DNA of 64,000 nt from the human T2T-CHM13v2.0 reference genome, Homo sapiens. The notes beneath the pieces were generated by a model that was not told the origin of the DNA, made no database searches, and worked only from the letters and a program-made list of their open reading frames with translations. A program made the position numbers and the translations under genes. How positions within the stretch are numbered: position 1 is the first letter of the stretch; each line of letters begins with the position of its first letter. Positions 14,222 to 35,191 of the stretch are shown here, in pieces. The stretch is taken from assembly GCF_009914755.1 (NCBI RefSeq), contig NC_060928.1; one strand, written 5' to 3'.

Positions 14222-14377
14222 ACTAGCATGTGGTGGTGGTTGTTATCATTATTCAAACAGGTAATTCTGACCATAATTAGTAATGCAGCAATAATAGGGC
14301 TTAAATGTAAATGAGGAAATAAAGTTATTATTTGGAAATTTTGAATATAGAAAAATTTTACATTAAAACTTACTTAA

Positions 14378-14666
14378 GGCTGGGTGCAGTGGCTCACACC
14401 TGTAATTCCAGCACTTTCAGAGGCCAAGGCACACAGATCACTTGAGGTCAGGAGTTTGAGACGAGCCTGGCCAACATGGTGAAAACCCGTCTCTACTAAA
14501 AATACAAAAATTAGCTGGGTGTGGTGACGGGCACCTGTAATTCCAGCTGAGGCTGAGGCAGGAGAATCACATGAACCTGGGAGGCGGAGGTTGCAGCGAG
14601 CCAAGCCGAGACTGCATCATTGCACTCCAGCCTGGGCCACGGAGTGAGACTCTGTCTAAAAAAAAA
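14378..14666 (+). mobile_element. AluS
   Basis: Dimeric Alu with poly-A. Confidence 0.95.
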
Positions 14667-16379
14667 GGACATTTAAATTGTATAACTACAGTAAAAATAA
14701 TTTGGAAAATAAAATAATGTAAAGTTTAAGTCATGACCTAATTACTTCACTCTGCAAATATTTGAGTGATTGCTGTGCCAGAAACTAGATTGCCTGCAAG
14801 AGATATAATAAAAACCTACTGTCCACCTTTATGGAGCTCACAGTCTAGAGAAAGATATCAACCAGGAATGATAATGTCTTAAGAACTATAACAAGATGGT
14901 ACAGGAGTACCTCCTGCTGCTCCAGTGGGGCACACAAATTATTATCAACACATATAAATTACAGTCTAATAAGTATTTGCTCCTGTCCTCAATTACTATA
15001 AATAATCCTTGGGCTTATTCAAGAACTGTATTTTGAGCTTTCCATCTGAGTGGAGTTTTTGTTGTATTGCTTTACTCAGAAACCTCAAAAGGTTTATAAC
15101 ACTTCAATTTCTCCCGTTCCCTGCATCAAATCCATTACCAATGATTGCCAATTTTACTTCCAAATAACTCTCAAACATGAACACCTCTTCCCATTTTCTC
15201 TGGCACTACCCTAGTCTCATATTTTCAACTGAGATAACCTTTTATCTAGTCTACCCACAGTCACTTGAATCTCTTCCAATCCATTGTTTCCATTTACAGA
15301 TTTTCAGTGGTTCTTAGGACCTGGCATAGTTGGCCAACCATCCACCTCTCGAATGTCGACATGATCCATAATTTAATGCACTTCCTCTACTGCTATTACC
15401 CTGGCATGTTCAGTCCCTTCTCCTTGACATGCTCCCTTCGCCACATGGCCTTTGCACAATCGATTACCTGCCTCTATTCTTCATCTACTTTAACGATGTC
15501 TTCACTGAACTAAGTCACAAATCCCACCATTAAATTTTTCATAGAACCACTCAATTTTCCTTCATAGCACTAATCACAGATGCAGTTTTATAGTTTTTTA
15601 TGTTATGTGGTTTATGCCTATAAATTCAGTGAGGACAATGACTGTGTTTTGGCTCTTTATTGGTCCAGTTTTGGTACTACCATTTTACATTATAAAATTA
15701 TTCCACATCATGGTAGAGAAGTTTTGAATCAAGCAATTGACACCTATCATAACTTAACAAAGTACACACATTTAAGGAATGAATAAAATATGCTGGATTA
15801 TTGATGATTCCAAACACATTTAATTTATATTTTTTTCCTGTTTATTTCATGTGTTATGACAAGACTAGAAAACATGTTTGTTTCCTTTAACACTGGCTAC
15901 TGGACCCTGCTCTCCTAATCAGAATGTGTGCTAATTTGAGGGCACTCTATCCTCAAGGCAATGTCATATTTGAGGAGCAACTGTGAATGAAGTCAAACAT
16001 TGACCTAGTTTTTTTTGAGATCTTCTCTATCACTGCAATATTTTGTGTTTCCTCTTTTGCTCTTCCTTATCTCTTGACATTTCTGCCACCATTATATAAT
16101 CTTTAAAAATCAAGTTCCTTTTTTGCTGTTGTGCTTTTGAAACTTCCAGATAATGGGATGGGGTAGAGGGACACAATAACAAACAAAATAACCAAGCACA
16201 AAACCTACAGTTACTTTATTTAAAAATTTTCCTCAATAGCTTGTGTTTCTAGATAAAACCAGTCACAAACAAATAGAGTTATATTTACTTGGCTTATCAC
16301 GAAATTAAATCATTCTGAATTCATAGTGAGACTCTATAAAATCAATTATATTATGTATATAATATCACTCATTTTCCTT

Positions 16380-16515
16380 AAAAAATTTTTTTTTAAGTAG
16401 AGACAAGATTTCGCCATGTTGTCCAGACTAGTCTGTAACTCCTGGGCTCAAGCGATCCTCCTGCCTGGACCTCCCAAAGTGCTGAGATTACAGGCATAGG
16501 CCACCACTCCCAGCC
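16380..16515 (-). mobile_element. Alu monomer (FLAM)
   Basis: Left-arm sequence. Confidence 0.8.
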
Positions 16516-16559
16516 TCATTTTAAAAAAAATAAATCCAAGTTTAATTTAACGACATACT

Positions 16560-17091
16560 ATGATGGTTAATTTTATGTGTCAGCTTACCTGGGCCATGAA
16601 ATATCCAAATATTTGGTTAAACATCATTCTGGGTGTGTCTTTGAGGATGTTTCTGGATGAGATTGACATCTGACTCAGCAGACCAAGTAAAGCAGATTGC
16701 CTTCCCCAATGTAAGTGGACCTCATCCAATCTGTCCAAGGCCCAAATGGAGCTAAAAACGTGGAGTAAGGGAGAATTTACTCTCTGCCTGACTGTCTTTG
16801 ACTTGGAACATCAGTCTTATCCTGCTTTCATACTTGGACTCAGACTGGAACTATATCATCAACTGCCCTGGGTCTCCTGCTTGCCAACTGCAGATCTTGG
16901 GATTTCTAAGCCTCCATAACCACCTAAGCCAATTCATTATGATAAATCTATGTATCTATGTATTATCTATATATCTATCTATCATCTATCTATGTATTAT
17001 CAATCATCTATCGATCTATCTATTCTCTATCTATCTATCTATCTATCATCTATCTAATATTCTATTTCTCTGGAGAACCCAGACTAATGCA
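16560..17091 (+). mobile_element. MLT2C/D-type solo LTR containing a TATC microsatellite
   Basis: TGATGGTTAATTTTATGTGTCA ... TCTCTGGAGAACCCAGACTAATGCA. Imperfect (TATC)n at ~16945-17056. Confidence 0.8.
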
Positions 17092-17186
17092 CATACCATG
17101 ACATTAAATACTAACTATAATTGCATGGATTTTACACAATTTAAAGATAGCTATGTTGATTAATTTTGGTTTTAAATTCCAAGTTA

Positions 17187-17492
<306 letters not shown>

Positions 17493-18259
17493 TTATCTTG
17501 TATATCCCTCTGCCGATTTACAAAATAAGAATGAATATGTAAGTACACACAGACACATACATGCACACACACAAACACGATTCTTGGTCCTTTAAATACT
17601 TCCAAGTCTCTTCATTGTTCAGATGCGGGGAAAATCTCCCAATCTCCATTTTTTTTTCTCTGAAGTTTTTAAAGAGTGCTCAATTTATACTTCATTTCTC
17701 CACTTAAATCTCTAATACTCATTCTTCAGTTACCTGTTACTGGCTTTCAACTTTACTACTCTGTTGAAACTGCTCTTACCAAAGTCATCAGTGTTCTCCT
17801 AATTCAACATAAAGTAATATCTTCCATCTTATACTAGAAGTTCTCTGTCCTTATTTTGGCAATTATGATCCTCTTTTCCCTGATACTCTCTAGTCCCTTC
17901 TTCCTGGTTCCTCTCAAATTCTCTACCTGCCCCTTACAGATAGTGCTCTAAGGTGACACCTTCATTCTATCACTCCTTTCAGTAATTCTAATGAATTCAG
18001 TTCTTTACACTGATTACATAAATTAATATCTCCAACCCAGACCTTTCCCAACACTTTCAGTCTCATATCCAGTTGCCTACTGGATACTTTATATTCAACT
18101 CTCTAAAATTACAATTATCATCTTCCCTAAACTGATTCTTATTCCTATTTCCTCCATCTCAGATATAATAGTCTTCATTTAACCTTCTTTCTTATGAATG
18201 GATATACCAGCATAAAGAGCAATGTCTGGAACACATGCAGGTATAATAAATTGCATTAT

Positions 18260-18606
18260 TGTTTACTAATATTTGCTGCCCACTTGTAAAAGATAGTTGT
18301 ACTTCCATGCCTATTGACATAGCTTGACTTTGCAACTTACTAAATACTAGTGTAAATGACTGCATTACTTCCCAGCAGATACTTAAGAGCCAGGATATCA
18401 TCTGCCATGCTTTTTTTGCCCTATGCCAGACAGCCAGCAGTATTCTAGATGCTCAGCTTGGGTGCTTGTATGAAGGTGATGTGGTACAGAGCTGCAGCCT
18501 ACCTGCAGGGAAATAGTAGCATGACTGAAAATAAAGCTTTGAAGTTGTAATGACTGAAATTTGGGGATCATTTGTCAATACATCCAAAAGCCTATACTGA
18601 CTGATC
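18260..18606 (+). mobile_element. Old MLT1 (I/J/K-like) LTR
   Basis: AATAAAGCTTTG...TTTGGGGATCATTTGT...ACTGACTGAT 3' end pattern. Confidence 0.55.
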
Positions 18607-19081
18607 TGAGGCTGGAAAAGTTTTAACCACAGAATTGTATTTTCATCTATATATAGTCATGATAGGTAAAGGTCAACAGAAAGACGGTCTCAAATATGCA
18701 AAGGCTATGAGACAACCTTTATATAATTTTTTAAATGCCTTAAATATTTCTCCAAAAAGTGAAATATGAAGCAAAATTAAGAGATAGTGAAAATTAAGGG
18801 TTTGAAATGACAAACTGCAAGCACTGAAACTTGGTTAAAAAAAAAAGAAATAATACACAGGAAAGAAAGAAAAAAGGAATAAATACATATAACACAGAAA
18901 AAAAAAGAAAAAGAGAGCTGAAAAATGGCTGTAAATTTGCTTGTAAACTAAATACAACCATCATATAAAAATCGAATAAGGAAATACATATAATATTAAT
19001 ATAGTAACACTTTGGATCTAGATTCCATGTTATATTAGCAAAGACTAAAAAGTTGGAAAGGGAAAAAAGTTAACTAAATTT

Positions 19082-19272
19082 GGCCAGGCATGGTGGCTTG
19101 CTCCTGTAATCCCAGCATTTTGGGAGGCAGAGGCAGGTAGATTGCTTGAGCCTAAGAGTTTGAGACAACATGGTGAGGCAACATGGTGAAACCCCATATC
19201 TATCTATAAAAAAAAAATTAGCTTTGTATGGTGGTGTATGCCTGTAGTCCCAGTTACTTGGGATACTGATGT
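19082..19272 (+). mobile_element. 3'-truncated AluJ
   Basis: Left arm plus the start of the right arm. Confidence 0.8.
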
Positions 19273-20211
19273 GAAATTTACAAAATTCAAAAATTCATTA
19301 TATTAAATAGGGAGAATTCAAAATATAATATTTTACTTTCAATTCTGACTATTATAGAAGTAGAGGTTAAATAATGATGTTAAAATTCTTAAAGATAGTT
19401 TATAGAGGCTTTTAAAGATGGCAAGATAAAAATATTTTAAAAAATTTGATCCTCCCCCTTGAAACTTACCAATAATGAAAAAATAAAAAATAATAATGTA
19501 GGAAAAACAACCAACCAAACAACCAACTTCATCTTCAATGAAACAAGGAAATGATACAATCCTAAGTTACAAAAAAGGAAGCAGCAATAAAGTAAAATGA
19601 GGAAAGAGGCTGATTGCCAAGAACCAAAGCATGCCTTCTCTAATCTTGAGCAGAACAAAGATTTCTCTCAAAGGAAGAGAAACAATCCTGAAAGACTGTG
19701 ACTAGAGTAGCAAAATCTGAACCTGGGGGAGCCTCAGAAGTGGAATGTCTACTTTAAAGGAGAGGTGGAACTAAAGAAGAAACCAGGCTGGCATGTCAGT
19801 GTTACAGCCTTCAGCCTATTCTCTGAGCCAAGGAGATTGCTAGAAGTAAAGTGGAGTAAGGAAAGGAAGAGAAGAACCAGAAATCTCGTGTCACTCTTCA
19901 CTCCTATGCAGATTTTTTTTGTCAATAACTCATTGACAAGCACCATGTCTCTGGGCAAATACTGGTGATAAGAAGGCAAGGAAAATAACTAGTTAGCTGT
20001 TACAGTTTCTGTGTTAGAGATAGGCAAGGGAAAAGGATGAGTGAATCTGTAATTTCTATTACTACAAAAAAAAAAAAGAATCAAGACAGAAAGTGAGAAT
20101 ATATTTTAAAAGGAAAAAACACAAATAAACTGCAGAAGAAGAGCATACAATGTAAGGTAAATTACTTACTAAATATTCCAAGAGTTAAAATAAATACTTC
20201 CTTGTAATCTC

Positions 20212-20650
20212 TGTAGTGTGTTGAACAGTGTCTCTTTCTAATTATGTTTACCCAGAACCTTAGAATGTAATCTTTATTGGAAATAATTCTTTGAAAATGC
20301 AATTAGGAAGGTGTGATCCTACTGTATTAAGGTGGGCCCTAAATCCAGTGACTGGCATCCTATGAGAAGAGGAGAGGACCTATGGAGACATACATAGGAA
20401 AAAAGGCCATGTCACAGTGGAGGCAAAGATTGGGGTGATGCAGCTACAAACCACAGAACACCAAGGATTTCTAAGAGCTGCCAGAAGCTTAGGAAAAGGC
20501 AAGGAAGTTTTCTTCCCTACAGCTTTCATGGGGAGCATAGCCATGACAACACCTTAATTTCAGAATTCTAGCCCTGAGAATTGTAAATCAATAAATTTCT
20601 GTTGTTTTAAGTCAGCCACTTTGTTATGGCAGCCCTAGGAAACTAACACA
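20212..20650 (+). mobile_element. MLT1C-like LTR
   Basis: GGTGGGCCCTAAATCCAGTGACTGG ... TTGTTATGGCAGCCCTAGGAAACTAACACA. Confidence 0.8.
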
Positions 20651-20677
20651 GTCTTCAAGAAATTACATACAACGTCA

Positions 20678-21240
20678 CTGTGGTGGGCAGACTCTAAGAT
20701 CACCCCCCATAACCCTTGCCTCCTGGTGCTCAGACCCTTGCATCCTCTCCTTGACTGTAAGACCTATGATTTCTTTCTAACCAATAGAATACAGTGCAAA
20801 TAGGAGATGATGATGATTTTGTGCATGTGATTACATCACGTAAGATTGTAGCCTATCGTGTTAGGAGACCCTGGCTGGCTTTGAAGAAGCAGGCTACCAT
20901 ATTCCCAGATGTCATAGGAAGAGAGCCACCGGACAAGGAGCTGAGTGTGGCCTCTGGCCAATAACCAGCAAGAAATTGAGCCCTCGGTGTAGTAGTCTGC
21001 CAGGAACTGAATTCTGCAACGATGTTGAGTTTGCAAGCAGATCCTTCAGTTGAGCCTCAGATGAGACTGCAACCCCAACTATCACCTTGATTGCAGCCTT
21101 GTGAGACCTTCAAAGCAGAAGACCAAGCTAAGTGATGCTCAAACTCCAGATCCACAGAAATTGTGAGATAACAAATGTGTATAGTCCTAAACCACTACGT
21201 TAGTGATGATATTGTTATGGAACGATAGAGAACTAGTACA
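20678..21240 (+). mobile_element. MLT1E/F/G-like LTR
   Basis: TGTGGTGGGCAGACTCTAAGAT ... TTGTTATGGAACGATAGAGAACTAGTACA. Confidence 0.7.
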
Positions 21241-22488
21241 ATGTCCTTTCTAGAAGAAGACCTCTAACAAGAGAATGAAGAGTTCAATAAAAATGTAAGG
21301 CATCCGAAGAGGAAAATGTGGAGATAAAAGAGCTCAGAAAATTAATGGAAGAGCTGAAAAATGGTAGGAGAATTAATAGAAGAACACATGATTGAATACA
21401 CAATCTAAAGAAATCACACAATACACAATAAAAAAGAGTGATATAAAAATCATGTTTAATATGGGGAAAAAGATATGCATGCCTTTCATATAGGCGTAAT
21501 GAAATAAAATAGATTTGAGGAAGAGGTAGAAATTAAGAAAGAAAATAAAGCAAACAAAAATAAATAGTAAAAAAAAAAAAAAAAAAAAGGACAAAATACA
21601 TTCTGGAATTGAAGACCAGATTTGCAGATTTAAAGAGCAAACTCCGTCTAAGAGAAAAAGTGATTCAGAATCATGTTCCCCAAAACATATCCTGGTGCAA
21701 TTTGGAATTTTAGGAATAAAAACAGAGTTTTATGAAAATTTTATGTAGAAAAGCAAGTAGCATTCCATTAAAAAAGAATCAGGTTTTCCTTGGAGTTTTC
21801 CATAGTAATAGTTTAATGCTAGAGAACAGAAAGAGTGTCTACAACATTCTGAGGGAAATAAAATGTGACTTTAAAATTTATCTGTAGACAAGTTATCCTT
21901 CAACTATAAAAACCAAAACACATATTCTCAAGGGTAGAGAAATTGAGGGGATACATTGCGTGTAAGTGCTACTTTAAAAAAAGCGTGTCAATGGAATTCA
22001 ATTAAATAAGAGATGTGTAGAAACAAAATACAAGAATAAAGAAACTGTGGAAAAAGAATGATAATGAATACAATCCCTTTAAGTATAAAACCACAACTAA
22101 AACATGTCAAGAATTTTGATTGTAAAATAAAATGTAAATGTTATTAATCTTGACATTATGAACTTAATAAGTAATACAAATCTGGGAGAGATTGGTGGAA
22201 GAAACTATAAGTGCACAAACCTCCCAGTTTCCCATAGCCAAAACAAGAGGTTAGTAGAAGAAACTGTTAATATACAACTCTCCCAGTCTTCCACAGTCAA
22301 AAGGCTGTGGGTATAGCATAATTTACACATGCAGTCTAAAAAAGTCACAACTCTAACCTCTTAATGTTTATCTTATCTATAGAGGAAAGTTTCAGAAACT
22401 TATTTTTTGTGGTAAAGAAAAATTTACTTCAAGTACACCAATTCTTTCAGATTTACTTCAATTTCTTCTTTCATTAAATTAGATTTTA

Positions 22489-26127
<3,639 letters not shown>

Positions 26128-26343
26128 TCAATCCCATTTTATATGATTCTATTTGCATAATTAAATATAGAGAAGTGAAATTATGGTAAACAAAGTTTAG
26201 TGATGGTTGTTTTTGGGCTAAAAGGCTAGGAATAGATCTTGCAATCCCCTCTGAATTTTGGGAATTGTTTAGATTGTTTAATGATAAATGTAGATCACTT
26301 TCAGAAAACTAATTTTTCTTACATACAAATCTTAAATTAATTA

Positions 26344-29045
26344 CAGTCACACCTCATTTCATTGCACTTAGCTTTATTTCACTTTGCAGATATTGCGATG
26401 TTTACAAATTGAATGTTTGTGGCAATTCTGAGTGTAAAATTCTATTGGCACCATATTCCCAACAGCATTTTCTTACTTCATGTCCCTGTGTCACATTTTG
26501 GTAATTCTCAAAATATTTCAAATTTATTATTATTATTATAGTTGCTTTGGTGATTTGTGATCAGTAATCTTTAATGTTACCATTGTAATTGGCGGTGTCA
26601 GGAACTGTGTCCAGAGATGATAGTGAATTTAATCAATAAATGTGTGTGTAGTTTCTGACTGTCCACCAGTTGGCTGCTCCCCCCATCTATTCCTTTCTTA
26701 CTGGGCCTTTCTATACCCTGATACACAACAATATTGAGATTAGGCCAATTAGAAACCCTACAATGGCTTCTAAGTGCTCAAGAGAAAAGAAGAGTCACAC
26801 ATTTCTCACTTTAAATCCAGAGCTAGAAATGATTAAGTTTAGTGAGGAAGCCATGTTGAAAGTCAAGATAGACCCAACGATAGGCTTCTTGTGCCAAAAG
26901 GTTAGCCCAATTGTGAATGAAAAGAAAAAGTTTTTGAAGAAAACTAACAGTGGTTATCCAGTGGACACATGAATGATGAGAAAGTGATAATGCAGACAGT
27001 TTGCTGATAATGCAGACCGTTTTAGTAGTCTGCATAGAAAATCAAACCAGCTACAACAACCTTAAGCCAATGCCTAGTCCAGATCAAGGCTCTAACTCTC
27101 TTCAATTCTATGAAGGTTGAGAGAGGGGAGGAAGCTGCAGAAGGAAAGCTGGAAGCTAGCAGAGGTTGGTTCATGGGGTTGAAGGAAAGAAGCCATCTTC
27201 ATAACATAAAAGTGCCAGGTGAAGCAGCAAGTGCTGATGTAGAAGCTACAGCAAGTTATCCAGAAGATCTAGCTGACATCATTGATGCAGGTGACTACAT
27301 AAACAACAAATTTTCAGTGTAGACGAAACAGCCATCTATTGGAAGAAGTTGTCATCTAAGACTTTCGCAGCTAGAGAAGAGAAGTCAATGGCTAGCTTCA
27401 AAGTTTCCAAGGACAGACTGACTCTCTTGTTATGGGCTAATGTAGCTGGTGACATTAAGTGTAAGTCAATGTTCATTTACCATTCCGAAAATTCTAGGGC
27501 CCTTTATAACTGTGCTAAATCTATTCTGCCTGTGCTCTATCAATGGAACAATAAAGTCTGGATGATAGCATGTCTGTTTACAACATAGGTTACTGAATAT
27601 TTTAAGCCCACTCTTGAGAACTACTGCTCAGGAAAAAGGATTTTCAGAATATTATTGCTCATTGACAATGCACCTGTCACCCAAGAGCTCTGATGGAGAA
27701 GTACAGGGGATTAACATTGTTTTCATGCCTGCTAACACATCATTCTGTAGTCCATGGATCAAGGAGTCATTTTGACTTTCAAGTCTTATTATATAAGAGA
27801 TACTGTTTGTAAGGCTATAGCTGTTACAGACACTGATTCCTCTGATGGATCTGGGCAAAGTAAATTGATAACCTTCTGGAAATAAATCACCATTCCAGAT
27901 ACCATTAAGAACATTCATTATTCATTGGGTGGTGGTCAAAATATCAACATTAACAAGAGTTTGAAAGAAGTTGATTCCAACCCTCATGGGCGACTTTGCG
28001 GGGTTCAAGATTTCAGTCAAGGAAATAACTGCAGATGTGGTGGAAATACCAAGAGAGAATTCAAGATGTGACTGAACTGCTGCAACCTAATGATAAAACT
28101 TATTTTTTTTTTTTTTGAGACAGGGTCTTGCTTTGTCATCCAGGCTGGAATGCTGTGGCACAAACATGACTCACTGCAGACTCATCAACCTCCCCAGCTC
28201 AAGTGATCCTCCCACCTCAGCCCCACAAGTAGCTGGGACTACATGCACATGCCATCATGCCCATCTAGTCTTTGTATTTTTTGTAGAGACAGGGTTTTGT
28301 CATGTTGTCCAGGCTGATCTTGAACTCCTGAGCTCAAGTGGTCCATATACCTTGGCTTCCCAAAGTGCTGGGATTATAGGCCATTGCTCCCGGCCTCATG
28401 ATAAAACTTTAAGTAATTGCTTCTTATGGATGAGCAAAGAAATTGGAATCTTGATGCAGAATGTACTTCTGGTGAAGATGCCATGAATGTTGTTGAAATG
28501 ACAACAGAAGGTCTAGAATAGTCCATAAACTTAGCTGAGAAAGCAGCAGCAGGAGTTGAGAGGATTGACTTCAGTTTTGAAAGAAGTTTTACTGTGGATA
28601 AAATGCTATCAAATAACCTCACATGCTTCAGATAAATCTTTTGTGAAAGAAAGATTCAATAGATGCATAAACTTCATTTTTTTTAATTTTAAGAAATTGC
28701 TTTAGCCACCCCAACCTTCAGCAATCACTACCCTGATCAATCAGCAGCCATCAACATCAAGGCTAAACCCTCCATTGGCAAAAAGATTATGATCGCTGAA
28801 GGCTCAGATGATTATTAGAGTTTTTAATTTAATTTTTTATTAGCAATAAAATATTTTTAAATTTAAGGAATGTACATTTTTTTAAAGACATAGTGCTATT
28901 TCATACTTAGTACTCTACAGTAATGTAAACACAACTTTTCAATGTACTGGAAAACAAAACAAACAAAGTCTCATTTTATTGTGATATTTGCTTTATTGTG
29001 GTGGTCTTGAAAAAAACCCATAATATTTTTGCGATATTATGCCTA
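26344..29045 (+). mobile_element. Near full-length Tigger1 (TcMar) DNA transposon, interrupted by an Alu
   Basis: Degenerate TIRs CAGTCACACCTC... and ...TATGCCTA flanked by TA. Transposase remnants ([32 protein letters not shown]; KDRLTLLL). Confidence 0.92.
28102..28395 (-). mobile_element. AluJ inserted in Tigger1
   Basis: TSD ATGATAAAACTT at 28090-28101 and 28398-28409. Confidence 0.93.
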
Positions 29046-29336
29046 TATGAATAGAATTAAAAGCAAAATATATATACTTAATGTATTATAAAAAAGAAAA
29101 AAGATAAAACAAATTATTGAATAAATATATCTACATGCAAAATTTATCTGTTAATATATGCTGTTTACAAATAAATCTACATAAAATGAAATGATGTAAT
29201 AAGTCTATAGAATATGGAAAAATAGGGGGTGGAGCCAAGATGGCCGAATAGGAACAGCTCCAGTCTACAGCTCCCAGCGGGAGCGACGCAGAAGACGAAT
29301 GATTTCTGCATTTCCAACTGAGGTACCGGGTTCATC

Positions 29337-29663
29337 TCACTGGGGATTGTCAGACAATGGGTGCAGCACACCAAGCGTGAGCCGAAGCAGGGCGAGGCAT
29401 CGCCACACTCTGGAAGTGCAAGGGGTCAGGGAATTCCCTTTCCTAGCCAAGGAAAGGAGTGACAGACGGCACCTGGAAAATCGTGTCACTCCCACCCTAA
29501 TACTGCGCTTTTCCAATGGTCTTAGCAAATGGCACACCAGGAGATTATATCCCATGCATGGCTCAGAGGGTCCTATGCCCACAGAGCCTCGCTCATTGCT
29601 AGCAAAGCAGTCTGAGATCAAACTGCAAGGTGGCAGCAAGGCTGGGGGAGGGGCACCGGCCAT
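29337..29663 (-). other. L1 ORF0-like antisense ORF (108 aa)
   Basis: ATG at 29663 gives MAGAPPPALLPPCSLISDCFASNERGSVGIGPSEP...RVGVTRFSRC, homologous to primate L1 ORF0. Open to 29337. Confidence 0.75.
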
Positions 29664-30273
29664 TGCCAAGGCTTGAGTAGGTAAACAAAGTGGCTGGGAA
29701 GCTCGAACTGAGTGGAACCCACCGCAGCTCAAGGAGGCCTGCCTGCCTTAGTAGACTCCACCTCAGGGGGCAGGGCATAGCCAAACAAAAGGCAGCAGAA
29801 ACCTCTGCAGACTTAAATGTCCCTGTCTGACAGATTTGAAGAGAGGAGTGGTTGTCCCTGTCTGACAGATTTGAAGAGAGGAGTGGTTCTCCCAGAATGC
29901 AGCTGGAGATCTGAGAATGGACAGACTGCCTCCTCAAGTGGGTCCCTGACCCCTGAGTAGCCTAACTGAGAGGCATTCCCCAGTAGGGGCAGACTGACAC
30001 CTCACATGGCCGGGAAATCCTCTGAGACAAAACTTCCAGAGGAACGATTAGGCAGCAACATTTGCTGTTCACCAATATCTGCTGTTCTGCAGTCTCTGCT
30101 GCTGATACCCAGGCAAACAGGGTCTGGAGTGGACCTCCAGCAGACTCCAACAGACCTGCAGCTGAAGGTCCTGACTGTTAGAAGGAAAACTAACAAACAG
30201 AAAGGACATCCACACCAAAACCCCATCTGTACATCACCATCATCAAAGACCAAAGGCAGATAAAACCACAAAG

Positions 30274-31291
30274 ATGGGGAAAAAACAGAGCAGAAAAACT
30301 GAAAATTCTAAAAATCAGAGCGCCTCTCCTCCTCCAAAGGAATGCAGCTCCATCACCAGCAACGGAACAAAGCTGGATGGAGAATGACTTTGACGAGTTG
30401 AGAGAAATAGGCTTCAGATGATCAGACTACTCCGAGCTAAAGGAGGAAGTTTGAACCCATGGCAAAGAAGTTAAAAACCTTGATAAAAGATTAGATGAAT
30501 GACTAACTAGAATAACCAATGCAGAGAAGTCCTTAAAGGACCTGATGGAGCTGAAAACCATGGCACGAGAACTATGTGATGAATGCACAAGCCTCAGTAG
30601 CAGACTCAATCAACTGGAAGGAAAGGTATCAGTGATGGAAGATCAAATGAATGAAATGAAGTGAGAAGAGGAGTTTAGAGAAAAAAGAATAAAAAGAAAT
30701 GAACAAAGCCTCCAAGAAATATGGGACTATGTGAAAAGACCAAATCTACATCTGATTGGTGTACTTGAAAGTGATGGGGAGAATGGAACTAAGTTGGAAA
30801 ACACTCTGCAGGATATTATCCAGGAGAACTTCCCCAATCTAGCAAGGCAGGCCAACATTCAAATTCAGGATATATAGACAATGCCACAAAGATACTCCTC
30901 GAGAAGAGCAACTCCAAGACACATAATTTTCAGATTCATGAAAGTTGAAATGAAGGAAAAATGTTAAGGGCAGCCAGAGAGAAAGGTCGGGTTACCCACA
31001 AAGGGAAGCCCATCAGCCTAACAGCTGATCTCTTGGCAGAAACTCTACAAGCCAGAAGAGAGTGCAGGCCAATATTCAACATTCTTAAAGAAAGGAATTT
31101 TCAACCCAGAATTTCATATCCACCCAAACTAAGTTTCATAAATGAAGGAGAAATAAAATCCTTTACAGACAAGCAAATACTGAGAGATTTTTGTCACCAC
31201 CAGGCCTGCCCTAAAAGAGCTCCTGAAGGAAGCACTAAACATGGAGAGGAACGACCAGTACCAGCGACTGCAAAAACATGCCAAATTGTAA
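30274..31291 (+). pseudogene. L1 ORF1 remnant (stops/frameshifts)
   Basis: ATGGGGAAAAAACAG start; fragment MLRAAREKGRVTHKGKPI; in-frame stops. Confidence 0.9.
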
Positions 31292-31354
31292 AGACCATCG
31301 AGGCTAGGAAGAAACTGCATCAACTAATGAACAAAATAGCCAGCTAACATCATA

Positions 31355-35191
<3,837 letters not shown>

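Noticed and set aside
26670-27918. Possible domesticated Tigger transposase gene (TIGD-like)
   Set aside because: Multiple stops and frameshifts plus an Alu insertion; a decayed Tigger1 copy.
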